Shown piece after piece: positions 18,926 through 27,645 of a stretch of DNA of 64,000 bases. The stretch lies in sequence record OZ209023.1; one strand, written 5' to 3'. This DNA is from Escherichia phage T4. The notes under the pieces are model-generated. The model was not told where the DNA came from and did no database searches. It saw only the letters and a list, made by a program, of their open reading frames with translations. A program made the translations under genes and the position numbers. How positions within the stretch are numbered: position 1 is the first letter of the stretch; every line of letters begins with the position of its first letter.

Positions 18926-19840
18926 TTAAGATTTAAGTAAATCAACAATTTTAATTAACTTTTCACGCTCAGATTTAGCTTTACTACTCAATCCAGATAG
19001 TCTGAAAATTTCATCATCATATTGTTGAATAGAAATATTCAGCTCTTCAATTTGCTTATTAAAATAATCAATTTGTTCAGAATGTTTTTCGTTACTACGA
19101 ACTGGTACAGGTTTTGTAGGCAATTTAGTTGAACTGGATTCATTCGGGCGATAAATTAAAATGCAATTTGAACCAATCGGGCATTTAGCACCAGATGAAT
19201 ATTCTAACGTTCCAGCTTCTTTTAAAACTTCAAAAGCTAAACAGAGATGATGCCCCATATTAACATAATCAGTAGAGCGAGCTCTGATGTAATAATCATC
19301 TCCACGAGTGCTAAATTTAAAGCATTTAAGGTCTTCTGTATTATTAGTTTTAAAAATCATTTGTTTATCTAGACCTTTAGCCAATCGAGCACCTAATGCT
19401 AATAATCGTCGTTGATTTTCCCACAAATCTGCGATCATTTGGTCAAATGATAATTTCGGCATTAGCCGACCATAAAGGTCATATCCTTTATTATAATTGC
19501 GAAGGATTTCACTCGCATTAATACGAGACAACGCTCCAATTTTATTAAGGGCTTTCATAATACGATTAGATAAACTCATTCCAGACCCGTTTGTTCGCTG
19601 TAAATGTTTTTCTAATCCAAATCCAATATCAACTTTAAATTTATCTAAAATTTCAGCATGAACATCTCTGTCAATAACATTCAAATCCAAAGTTGGGTTA
19701 AATCTATGAAAAAATTTATCTGGCTCTCCACGACGTAAAACAGTCCATTCATTCATCATTTTTTTATTAACTAAAGATTTAATTACTGCGTTGACATTAT
19801 TAATTACTACTGACATATTTTCCTCACTCAATTTTACCAA
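18926..19840 (-). CDS. Hypothetical protein with C-terminal coiled coil (paralog group member)
   Basis: 304 aa. Confidence 0.6.
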   Translation of the reverse strand: MVKLSEENMSVVINNVNAVIKSLVNKKMMNEWTVLRRGEPDKFFHRFNPTLDLNVIDRDVHAEILDKFKVDIGFGLEKHLQRTNGSGMSLSNRIMKALNKIGALSRINASEILRNYNKGYDLYGRLMPKLSFDQMIADLWENQRRLLALGARLAKGLDKQMIFKTNNTEDLKCFKFSTRGDDYYIRARSTDYVNMGHHLCLAFEVLKEAGTLEYSSGAKCPIGSNCILIYRPNESSSTKLPTKPVPVRSNEKHSEQIDYFNKQIEELNISIQQYDDEIFRLSGLSSKAKSEREKLIKIVDLLKS

Positions 19841-20225
19841 TTACGCGGAATAAGATTGAACAGACTATATAAGTACCACATATAGATTGAACTAATGCCA
19901 TTCCAAAGAACCAAACAATATTATCAAACCATGTCTGTTTTACGTCGAAAGGACGTAAACTTACAGTAATATTATCACCTTTTTCTATTGAAGAATACAT
20001 CTCTGGGGAAATATATTCACTAAATCTATAACCGTCTTTGAGTTCATATACAGCAATAAACGATAAACTAGACCCCTTTCCTTGAGTTCCTGTAAGGGTA
20101 TTAACTACAGTAACATCATAATCTTTATAATGCATATAATCATTAATTGCGTAATAACCATATGCAATTACTATACATAAACAACATATCAATAAATTCA
20201 ATCTTTTAATTATCAACTGTTTCAT
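19824..20225 (-). CDS. Membrane protein (nrdC.7 position)
   Basis: 133 aa with N- and C-terminal hydrophobic segments. Confidence 0.55.
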   Translation of the reverse strand: MKQLIIKRLNLLICCLCIVIAYGYYAINDYMHYKDYDVTVVNTLTGTQGKGSSLSFIAVYELKDGYRFSEYISPEMYSSIEKGDNITVSLRPFDVKQTWFDNIVWFFGMALVQSICGTYIVCSILFRVIGKIE

Positions 20226-20254
20226 AATAATCTCAATTAAAAGGGCTTAGAACC

Positions 20255-20278
20255 ATTATACCATCCTTGGTATAAAGC
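20255..20278 (-). promoter_or_regulatory. Candidate middle promoter (GCTTTA MotA-like box, 12 nt, TATAAT)
   Basis: Minus-strand cGCTTTAtaccaaggatggTATAAT. Confidence 0.4.
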
Positions 20279-20280
20279 GG

Positions 20281-20808
20281 TTATGCGAGTACCGTATTTA
20301 ACCGTTCTTCAAACTTCCGAAGAGTGTTCTGGCGTTCAGCTCTTTGCTTTTTGTAAGTTTCAATACGCTCTGAAATGAGAGTGTATCGTTCATTTACTGA
20401 TTCTTTCATAAAATCAGGAATTTCACGAGAAGCTTTAATCTCGTCAAATTTATCAATAACAGCTTGCTCTTCAGCAATTAAGTTATCATACATCAAAATA
20501 TCTTTCTTGATGAACTCAATATCTTCTTGAGTTACACGAGATAATTTAGATGCTTTATCCTTTTTGTACTGTTCGTTAGTATCACGAGACCAGTGTAATG
20601 TACGATTTTTATTCGTATTCTTGTAAATTTCTACAATACCAATCTCATCGATAATAACGATCCAATTCCAACGGGATTTGTAAATTTGTCCTCCATTAAC
20701 AGTGATTTCACCTCCGATTGAGATGTCATTAAAGAACTTGCTTTGTGCTTCTGATTTAAATTTACCATCGTTGTAATTTACCAGGTTGAAAATATCTTTA
20801 GCGTTCAT
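20281..20808 (-). CDS. Hypothetical protein with coiled-coil C-terminus (nrdC.8 position)
   Basis: 175 aa from the ATG at 20806-20808 with GGAGG Shine-Dalgarno; track N-terminus is promoter read-through. Confidence 0.55.
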   Translation of the reverse strand: MNAKDIFNLVNYNDGKFKSEAQSKFFNDISIGGEITVNGGQIYKSRWNWIVIIDEIGIVEIYKNTNKNRTLHWSRDTNEQYKKDKASKLSRVTQEDIEFIKKDILMYDNLIAEEQAVIDKFDEIKASREIPDFMKESVNERYTLISERIETYKKQRAERQNTLRKFEERLNTVLA

Positions 20809-20836
20809 TTTGTGTTCCTCCGTAGTTGATAGTTGT

Positions 20837-20866
20837 ATAGTACCACAGAGGAACGGTCTTGTAAAC
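20837..20866 (-). promoter_or_regulatory. T4 early-type promoter
   Basis: Minus-strand GTTTACaagaccgttcctctgTGGTACTATAC. Confidence 0.55.
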
Positions 20867-20868
20867 AA

Positions 20869-21183
20869 CTAAAAGAAACTTCTTTCACAATTTTTTCCAC
20901 TGAACCAAGCGCTCACTGCTTTCTTAGTTTCAGGAGCAGTGTTATCCATAAACCATTCAAAGGCAGCCTTTTTATGATTCTGGAGGGCTTCTCGGGCTTT
21001 AATCTGCTCACGGTCTATTAACACTAACATATGAGCCTTTCTTGTCACCAGGGGCTTCTTATGATTTTTTGAATACTCCCAATCATTTGTCCATCGCATC
21101 GTTGTTGCGAATTGAAATACAGCTTCTTTAATCTTAGTTTCGTAAATTTCACGAGCCTTTGAGTATAACATCATTACCTCCAT
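20869..21183 (-). CDS. Hypothetical protein (nrdC.9 position)
   Basis: 104-aa ORF. Confidence 0.5.
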   Translation of the reverse strand: MEVMMLYSKAREIYETKIKEAVFQFATTMRWTNDWEYSKNHKKPLVTRKAHMLVLIDREQIKAREALQNHKKAAFEWFMDNTAPETKKAVSAWFSGKNCERSFF

Positions 21184-21273
21184 TTACCAGTTTAATTCTA
21201 GTCATCTTTTTGATGGCAGTCCATATAATCTATTTCTGAACTGCCTTTTTGTCTTAGAAGGCCTCTTATGAAT

Positions 21274-22254
21274 TTATTTCAGAAGAGTAACCGTAGCGAT
21301 TTCTTCCCAACCGTTTTTGTCGGTCATAATAAAGTCAGCAAGATAAAGTGCAGTACGCAGTGAAACATTACGTAAACGGTTAACATTGACTTTCATCCAT
21401 GATAATGCTTTATAAGTTTCTTCATCAGAAAGACCACGCTTTTGCATCATGTCGGTTGAAAGAATAACATCTTCAACCCTGACCATAATTTCTTCATTAG
21501 TGTGAACACCCAAATCCAAATAAACTGAGCGGGACACTAATGCTTGTAAATGTGGAGCAAGTTTAGTACCACGGTCTAATTCGCGGTCAATGTCAACGTT
21601 TGTGATAAAAACAATTGTTCCTTTAAATTCAAACTCACGCTCAATGCCTTTTTCTTCTAAGTAAGAAGATGCAGTGCTCCAGCAGACTTTACGGGTCTCT
21701 CCAGTGTCCAGAGCAGCTTTCAGAAGATTAAGAATGTCCATATCAGAGAAAACATCCACATCATCAATCAAAAGGACAGAATTCTCTTCACGATTATTCC
21801 AAAGCTGTTCATAAAGACCGATACCAGAGATTTTACCGTTAATGCTTTTATACTCAATGTATCCAATATCATTTGCTTTATTCAAAGCTTTATCTAAAGA
21901 ATATGTTTTACCAATACCCGCCGCACCAGAGATAATTAATGAACGAATATTTCCGTTAATAATACCATTCGTCATCATTCCCATAACATTAAATCTTTTA
22001 TTAATGCGGGTTTTCATATCTTCATATGATTCTTTAACTTCTTCAACTTTTACACCATCATATGAAATGTCTGATTTGTAAACCCAAACACCGCGACGTT
22101 TACCGTCAATTTCAACAAAAACTTTACCATCTCCTTGTGCATCTACCGGAGCATTATCAGGGAACCATTCACCTAAGAGCTCAAAAGTTCCAGAGATTTC
22201 TTTACCGAAGTAGATACCCTTATTGATAGTTACAGTTTTCATTTTATTCTCCAA
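21274..22254 (-). CDS. AAA+/P-loop ATPase (nrdC.10 position)
   Basis: 326 aa; Walker A GAAGIGKT and Walker B LLIDDVD. Confidence 0.7.
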   Translation of the reverse strand: MENKMKTVTINKGIYFGKEISGTFELLGEWFPDNAPVDAQGDGKVFVEIDGKRRGVWVYKSDISYDGVKVEEVKESYEDMKTRINKRFNVMGMMTNGIINGNIRSLIISGAAGIGKTYSLDKALNKANDIGYIEYKSINGKISGIGLYEQLWNNREENSVLLIDDVDVFSDMDILNLLKAALDTGETRKVCWSTASSYLEEKGIEREFEFKGTIVFITNVDIDRELDRGTKLAPHLQALVSRSVYLDLGVHTNEEIMVRVEDVILSTDMMQKRGLSDEETYKALSWMKVNVNRLRNVSLRTALYLADFIMTDKNGWEEIATVTLLK

Positions 22255-22276
22255 ATCCGTATCAGTTGATAGTTGT

Positions 22277-22306
22277 ATAGTACCATAAAGCTTTATGCTT
22301 GTAAAC
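22277..22306 (-). promoter_or_regulatory. T4 early-type promoter
   Basis: Minus-strand GTTTACaagcataaagctttaTGGTACTATAC. Confidence 0.55.
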
Positions 22307-22325
22307 CGTTTTGTGAAAAAATTTT

Positions 22326-22353
22326 GAAATAAAAAAGGGAGCCCGAAGGCTCC
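22326..22353 (-). terminator. Intrinsic terminator (gggagcc-UUCG-ggctccc then U6)
   Basis: Strong hairpin followed by UUUUUUAUUU on the minus strand. Confidence 0.7.
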
Positions 22354-22356
22354 CTA

Positions 22357-23367
22357 TCATTTATAATAACTTCGATGGTTTTCAAGATAAACCCTCTCAA
22401 GGAAGTCATCCCAGAAACTCATGTCTACTTTTTGCTGCATACCGTTCTTAGAAGCTTCAGTAGATGCTGCTTCTACTTGATCGACCACATCTTCCAAAAA
22501 CTCTTGAACGGTTTTAAATGGATGCTTACCCAACTTCACGTCGAGAATAAATGGAGCATCTTGGAGTGGATAAACCAAGTCACCAGTTTTGTAAATTTCC
22601 AATAGTTGAAGTCCACCACGACAAGCATGGCTCAGAGCTTTCCAGTCAATGCCTTCATTGGCTTCGGCCTTACGAGCACGTTCGCCGTATTCAGCATCTA
22701 ATTTGTTCAGTGACTGCTTAAGCTCAATAAGAGAAAGCGTTGTCTGATATTTACGACCCAACACTGTGTAAAACGTTTGTGGGCCTGTTTTCTCATGATT
22801 ATGGAACACCCATTCACAGAATTCGTTTTCTGGAAGACGATGCTTAATATCTTCAACTTTAGTACGACGCTGCTTAATGGAACCATCTTCTTGGTAATCA
22901 ACCCATTGCTCAGGGATTTGATTAACTACTTTCAATACATCGCGTAATGCAGCCAAACGAGAACCCTTGACGCCGTATTTAGAAGCTTGCTTGCGGACAT
23001 ATCCTAAATATGATTTCATGTTAGTCGTATAAAAACGAGAACGGTTGTCTTGAATAAACTTCCACACATCAGGCAAATCGGATTTAACCACTAGTTCAGG
23101 TGGAGTGTGGAGCATATCCAATGCTACAGTTTCACCATCTGCTGCTAATTTAAAGAAATACTTAAGACTATACAATTCGTGGTCAATATCATCTTTAGTG
23201 TTTTTAGATGATGTGTTGTTGGTATTTTTACTCATGTGCTCTTTGACGTTTCCAATAAGAATATCGCGAGCAGGAGGAACAAAGATTTCTTTAAAATCTA
23301 CATCAGATTCTGGAGTAGAAGTTCCATAAAGATGACTACCAAAATAAGACTTAACTACAGTTTTCAT
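22357..23367 (-). CDS. Predicted nucleotidyltransferase-fold protein (nrdC.11 position); start uncertain
   Basis: ~336 aa; N-terminal GSHLYGTSTPESDVDF resembles the Pol-beta-type NTase G[SG]...D.D motif; ATGs at 23367, 23382 and 23391 are possible starts. Confidence 0.55.
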   Translation of the reverse strand: MKTVVKSYFGSHLYGTSTPESDVDFKEIFVPPARDILIGNVKEHMSKNTNNTSSKNTKDDIDHELYSLKYFFKLAADGETVALDMLHTPPELVVKSDLPDVWKFIQDNRSRFYTTNMKSYLGYVRKQASKYGVKGSRLAALRDVLKVVNQIPEQWVDYQEDGSIKQRRTKVEDIKHRLPENEFCEWVFHNHEKTGPQTFYTVLGRKYQTTLSLIELKQSLNKLDAEYGERARKAEANEGIDWKALSHACRGGLQLLEIYKTGDLVYPLQDAPFILDVKLGKHPFKTVQEFLEDVVDQVEAASTEASKNGMQQKVDMSFWDDFLERVYLENHRSYYK

Positions 23368-24130
23368 TATTAGACCTTTCATAATCTTCATTAAATTGTA
23401 CAATCAATCGATGATAATTAGATTTTGGATATCCTAATTTACTTATATAAGTTCCGAATGACCCACGTTTAGGTCTATTTAATTTAATCCATAACTTATA
23501 AAGTAAGTCATAGTCTTGCCAATGTTTACCAGTTCTTTGTCTAATTTTAGATGAATTTGATTGTTTCTTTTTAGTTTCAAAATTATTCAAAGATTTTTTG
23601 ACTGCAGCAGAGTGTTTTTCTTTAACTCCCGGTCGTTTAAAAGCAGCTTTCACCCCTTTAGATATTTTTTCTTTAACTTCCGGTTTGTTTTGTGCTTCTA
23701 ACTGGGATTCTGAAATTTTAGCCCTTATTTCAGGAAGACTTAATGTTATCGAACGTTTTTCTCTGTATTCATTAGACTTCCACATTTCTTTCATTGTATT
23801 AGAATGTATTTTTGAAAATTTTTCTCTAACTAACTGATATCCTCTTGAAGTTAATTTGAGATTTCTTCCTAAAGAATCTTCTCCAAAATTATAAAATGAC
23901 CACCATGCATAAATTAATCCAGGCGAATTGTAATGAATTTTAGCTAAAAGCCAATGGGCTATAAAATGCTCTCTAGCTGTTAATAAAACTAGATTATCAG
24001 AATCATCATTACCACCAATACAAGATGGAATAATATGATGCTTTTCCGTATAAAAATTTAATTTAGATTTATCTAATTTTCTGAGTTTTCCTTTCTTAAT
24101 TAAATTATTATATACTTTAGTATAATTCAT
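23351..24130 (-). CDS. mobD: HNH homing endonuclease (T4 mobD position)
   Basis: 259 aa; HHIIPSCIGGNDDSDNLVLLTAREHFIAH; N-terminus MNYTKVY. Confidence 0.75.
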   Translation of the reverse strand: MNYTKVYNNLIKKGKLRKLDKSKLNFYTEKHHIIPSCIGGNDDSDNLVLLTAREHFIAHWLLAKIHYNSPGLIYAWWSFYNFGEDSLGRNLKLTSRGYQLVREKFSKIHSNTMKEMWKSNEYREKRSITLSLPEIRAKISESQLEAQNKPEVKEKISKGVKAAFKRPGVKEKHSAAVKKSLNNFETKKKQSNSSKIRQRTGKHWQDYDLLYKLWIKLNRPKRGSFGTYISKLGYPKSNYHRLIVQFNEDYERSNNENCS

Positions 24131-24204
24131 TGGTTCTTCGTCTCATTTAATTTTGCTTTGCATTTATAACACATGTCTGTTCCACTTGAAATAAACATAT
24201 TTCC

Positions 24205-24750
24205 TCACTTTGAAATCATAGTTGGAATAACAGAATCAAGATAAGTCTTTAGTGCAATAGCTTCGTCTTTGTTTAATGTAATGATATGTGATCGAAAATC
24301 ATCAATTTGACGAATAGATACTACATCTCCCTCTTCATAGCATTTTGAAACATTTAAAATAGTTTCATCATTCTGATTACAGGAGTTAGTAATAATAGCA
24401 TTACATTTTTTAAACCATTTTAAATTATGTTTTCTTTTAGTAGAATCATAAAAATATTTAATGTTAGTTATAAAATTATCCCAATTATTAATTGATAAGC
24501 ACATTGACTCGCTTTTAATATTAAATCCTGGGCATGAAGAATAAAAATGAATTTTATGCTCATCATTAATGCTTACAATTTTATCAGTGTAAGCATATTC
24601 AATTTGGGTTAAACGAACAATTTCGCTAGGCGTAAAATATAGCATGTCATCTTCTTGCGTCAAACGATACATGTTATTTACTTTTTCTATAGCCAATTCA
24701 CCAAAAAGTGGACTAACTTCTAATACTAGTCGTTTCGCCTCGCTCATCAT
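24205..24750 (-). CDS. Hypothetical protein
   Basis: 181-aa ORF, Cys-rich. Confidence 0.55.
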   Translation of the reverse strand: MMSEAKRLVLEVSPLFGELAIEKVNNMYRLTQEDDMLYFTPSEIVRLTQIEYAYTDKIVSINDEHKIHFYSSCPGFNIKSESMCLSINNWDNFITNIKYFYDSTKRKHNLKWFKKCNAIITNSCNQNDETILNVSKCYEEGDVVSIRQIDDFRSHIITLNKDEAIALKTYLDSVIPTMISK

Positions 24751-24882
24751 TACATACTCCTCTGAATCATATTAATAATGTTATTCACCAGATTATAAGT
24801 AAACATTGGGTAATTATATTGAATCATCACATATATAACAAACAAAACTTTCATTCTCTTCTCCTTGGCAGTTGACAAGATT

Positions 24883-24912
24883 ACTATACCATAATCTTGT
24901 CAACTTGTAAAC
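24883..24912 (-). promoter_or_regulatory. T4 early-type promoter with -10 embedded in a 13-bp-arm inverted repeat
   Basis: Minus-strand GTTTACaagttgacaagattaTGGTATAGTAAT; palindrome agttgacaagatt / aatcttgtcaact at 24870-24905. Confidence 0.55.
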
Positions 24913-24914
24913 CA

Positions 24915-25061
24915 TTAAATGACGTTTTCGATAAAATTTTGAAGCTTTGTATGAGCATCAACCATGATTTTCATTTCTTCCTTGGCAAAAGCTGTGCCTC
25001 TTTCCCGAGAAGAACATTCATAGTCAGAAACTGCATTAGCATATTCTTCAATTAGCTTCAT
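24915..25061 (-). CDS. Small hypothetical protein (48 aa)
   Basis: ATG at 25059-25061, stop at 24915-24917; MKLIEEYANAVSDYECSSRERGTAFAKEEMKIMVDAHTKLQNFIENVI; weak ribosome-binding site. Confidence 0.3.
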   Translation of the reverse strand: MKLIEEYANAVSDYECSSRERGTAFAKEEMKIMVDAHTKLQNFIENVI

Positions 25062-25077
25062 TAAAAACATCTGTTTT

Positions 25078-25272
25078 TCAGTTTTCATTATTCCACCTAA
25101 TCATTTCAAGATATTGAACTAACTTAGCTTTGGATTTATCCAAATCCCTTTTAGCTGCTTCTATACCGTCGTATGAATATCCTTCACAATGCTCAACTGC
25201 TAATTGATATGAATCTATTTCAATATCATGCGCTAATTTAATGATTTTTTCAAACTGTTCGCGTGTTAGCAT
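25078..25272 (-). CDS. Small acidic helical protein (paralog family with 25275-25457, 27269-27457, 27454-27645)
   Basis: 64 aa; N-terminal LTREQFEKIIKLAHDIE motif. Confidence 0.55.
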   Translation of the reverse strand: MLTREQFEKIIKLAHDIEIDSYQLAVEHCEGYSYDGIEAAKRDLDKSKAKLVQYLEMIRWNNEN

Positions 25273-25274
25273 AC

Positions 25275-25457
25275 TTAAACTCTCGTATTATGATCGATAA
25301 TTTCATCAAGAAACATATCTAACGCTTCTACAGCATTATTAACTTTAGCTTCAAATTCTTCAATACCTGATAAGGCAAAGTTAATGCGTTCCTCATCTGC
25401 TTTACGAATTAAAGCTACCAATTCCTTAATTTTATCCGCTTGTTCGATACTAATCAT
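25275..25457 (-). CDS. Small acidic helical protein (paralog family member)
   Basis: 60 aa from the ATG at 25455-25457; [19 protein letters not shown]. Confidence 0.5.
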   Translation of the reverse strand: MISIEQADKIKELVALIRKADEERINFALSGIEEFEAKVNNAVEALDMFLDEIIDHNTRV

Positions 25458-25645
25458 TATTCCACCACATATGAAAGAGAGAATATTGCACACGCCATGT
25501 GAGTTGCAACTTCATCACACATATTATAACGTTTCTTAAGAAGTTCTACAAGTTCTTCACTAGTAACTTCATCCATGTCGACGAAAAAATCACCATTAAT
25601 GATGACGTAGATATTTCCTTCTTGATTGAGTGCTTCAATTTTCAT
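25457..25645 (-). CDS. Hypothetical protein
   Basis: 62 aa from the ATG at 25643-25645 with AGGAGA Shine-Dalgarno; TAATG overlap with the downstream gene. Confidence 0.5.
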
Positions 25646-25673
25646 GATGTTCTCCTCTTTATCCGATGGTTGT

Positions 25674-25703
25674 ATAGTACCACAGCTCAAACGGAAAGTA
25701 AAC
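25674..25703 (-). promoter_or_regulatory. T4 early-type promoter
   Basis: Minus-strand GTTTACtttccgtttgagctgTGGTACTATAC. Confidence 0.55.
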
Positions 25704-25710
25704 CGGTAAA

Positions 25711-25736
25711 ATGAAAAAAGTCTCCCGAAGGAGACT
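25711..25736 (-). terminator. Intrinsic terminator (agtctcc-UUCG-ggagact then U6)
   Basis: Hairpin followed by UUUUUUCAUUUU on the minus strand. Confidence 0.7.
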
Positions 25737-25740
25737 AATG

Positions 25741-25962
25741 TTATTCGAGGGAAAGAAGATACTTACTCTGGTAAAACATTCCAGTAATATCATCTATCGT
25801 GCTTTGGATGGCTGGAGGCATTTCTTTATAAATGCTGTTAGATTGGTCTAGTATGCGATCAATCATTTTAATTGTGTCGGTAGGAAGTTTACTGGCATCT
25901 GGAATTGAAGGCGTGTATTTTCGACCAGAATACCCCAAATATTGCTCACCCAAATTTATCAA
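25741..25962 (-). CDS. Hypothetical protein (rI.-1 position)
   Basis: 73-aa ORF. Confidence 0.5.
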
Positions 25963-26128
25963 TCAAATCTGGCAACTCGGAAAAAATAAAATCGTATGCT
26001 TTGTGTCTAGCATAACTTTTAGTTTCAAAATGTGCAGAATGAAAATAAGCTTGTGCAGCCATTAATAAACCTAAGTATTCATCTGCCTTTGAAGGTTTTC
26101 CACTTTGTGAAAAGTCGCTGAATTTCAT
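25946..26128 (-). CDS. Hypothetical protein
   Basis: 60-aa ORF. Confidence 0.45.
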   Translation of the reverse strand: MKFSDFSQSGKPSKADEYLGLLMAAQAYFHSAHFETKSYARHKAYDFIFSELPDLIDKFG

Positions 26129-26418
26129 TCAGTCTCCAATTTAATGTTCATAATTCTAGCGTATGATTGTGCCATCTCCGCGCCTCGCTCTATACATTCA
26201 AAATCAGAAGAGCACGGGTCATTTTTATAGGTCGTTCTCATAAAACTATAGAATTGTTCAGACGATTCTACGCTTTTATTTTCAAAAAGCATATAAACGT
26301 GCCTAATACCAGATTCCATAAATTTATCAAAATGAGGATCGACATTCGCTTCAATCGATGGAGATAAAACAAATGACAATCCTAGCATGGCAAAAAGTGC
26401 TGTTGCTTTTAAGGCCAT
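26125..26418 (-). CDS. rI: Lysis-inhibition regulator RI (antiholin)
   Basis: 97 aa with N-terminal signal-anchor MALKATALFAMLGLSFVLSPSIEA; length and position as T4 RI. Confidence 0.8.
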   Translation of the reverse strand: MALKATALFAMLGLSFVLSPSIEANVDPHFDKFMESGIRHVYMLFENKSVESSEQFYSFMRTTYKNDPCSSDFECIERGAEMAQSYARIMNIKLETE

Positions 26419-26430
26419 AAAGGCCTCCTA

Positions 26431-26643
26431 TCATTTTTGTCCTGTATTTACTTTGTGCCGATGCACGGCCTTAACTTTATCAAGGTATTTTTCAAAATTT
26501 CGCAATCTAGTATAGTCTGCCGGAGATTGGTTGAGTGATACTTCTCGACGCAAAGCTGAAATGATATTTCCAACTTCCCTACGAATTTCATCTAATTGAA
26601 GAACAGTAAGATTGCGAAGTTGCTTTTCAGTTAATTGTAGCAT
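26431..26643 (-). CDS. Hypothetical protein (rI.1 position)
   Basis: 70-aa ORF. Confidence 0.5.
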
Positions 26644-26685
26644 ATATACCCCTTTAGTTAGATAAACCTATTTATAACTTTTGCA

Positions 26686-27267
26686 CTAACCGAGCTTTTT
26701 AGTTAATTCATTCCAATGTTTTCTACACAAAGAAACATAAATTTCATCACCAATACAAATTTGATTACCTTCTTTAACTGGTGTTCCATCTTCCATTAAT
26801 CGAGCTGTCATAATCGCTTTTTTACCACAATGACAAACTGCTTTTAGTTCAATAAGTTTATCTGCAATCGCTAAAAGTTCTTTAGAACCTTCAAATAATT
26901 TTCCAGCGAAATCAGTCCTTAGCCCATAAGCCATAACAGGAACATTATATGTATCAACAATTCGGCTCAATTGATGCACCTGTTCAGTTTTTAAAAACTG
27001 AGCTTCATCTACAAATACGCAATGAATATCTTTTTGTGCTTCAGCCCATTTATAGAACTCGAAAATATCCATATCATCTGTAATAATATTCGCTTCCTGC
27101 TTAATTCCAATGCGAGAAACGACTTCACAGACAGAATCGCGAGTATCAATAGCAGGCTTAAGAACTAATACACTCATTCCACGTTCTTTATAATTATGTG
27201 CAGCAGTCAAAAGAGAAGCAGATTTTCCAGCATTCATTGCTGCATAAGTAAAAATTAAACTCGCCAT
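26686..27267 (-). CDS. tk: Thymidine kinase
   Basis: 193 aa; P-loop AAMNAGKS and C-terminal zinc-cysteine cluster CHCGKK...CRKHW. Confidence 0.9.
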   Translation of the reverse strand: MASLIFTYAAMNAGKSASLLTAAHNYKERGMSVLVLKPAIDTRDSVCEVVSRIGIKQEANIITDDMDIFEFYKWAEAQKDIHCVFVDEAQFLKTEQVHQLSRIVDTYNVPVMAYGLRTDFAGKLFEGSKELLAIADKLIELKAVCHCGKKAIMTARLMEDGTPVKEGNQICIGDEIYVSLCRKHWNELTKKLG

Positions 27268-27268
27268 C

Positions 27269-27457
27269 TTAGTCCTTAGTTAAATTTTCTAAATATGTTT
27301 CTAAATCATTTTCAGCTTTATCGATAGATTTTACTAATTCGTAATATGTTTCGGCATCTCCATATTCAGAAGATATTTCAAAAGACAAATCCTTTTCTAA
27401 ACTAATAATTTCACCAACTAAAAATAATATTTCGTTCTTTTGTTCGCGAGTAATCAT
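27269..27457 (-). CDS. Small acidic helical protein (tk.1 position; paralog family member)
   Basis: 62 aa; MITREQKNEILFLVGEI. Confidence 0.55.
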   Translation of the reverse strand: MITREQKNEILFLVGEIISLEKDLSFEISSEYGDAETYYELVKSIDKAENDLETYLENLTKD

Positions 27458-27645
27458 AAGGAATTTATATAATCAATGAGTTCTTGTTCTTTATTATCGA
27501 ATTCTTTAGAAAGTTCTTCGTACTCGTTTGCGCTAAAAGGACCGCATTCATTACAAACTTTTTCCAATTCACTATTTTTATCCATAACTTCGTGGATAAG
27601 AGAAAAGAGTGTGTCTTTTTGTTCTTTGCTTAAACTCATAACCAT
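27454..27645 (-). CDS. Small acidic helical protein (tk.2 position; paralog family member)
   Basis: 63 aa; SLSKEQKDTLFSLIHEV. Confidence 0.55.
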   Translation of the reverse strand: MVMSLSKEQKDTLFSLIHEVMDKNSELEKVCNECGPFSANEYEELSKEFDNKEQELIDYINSL

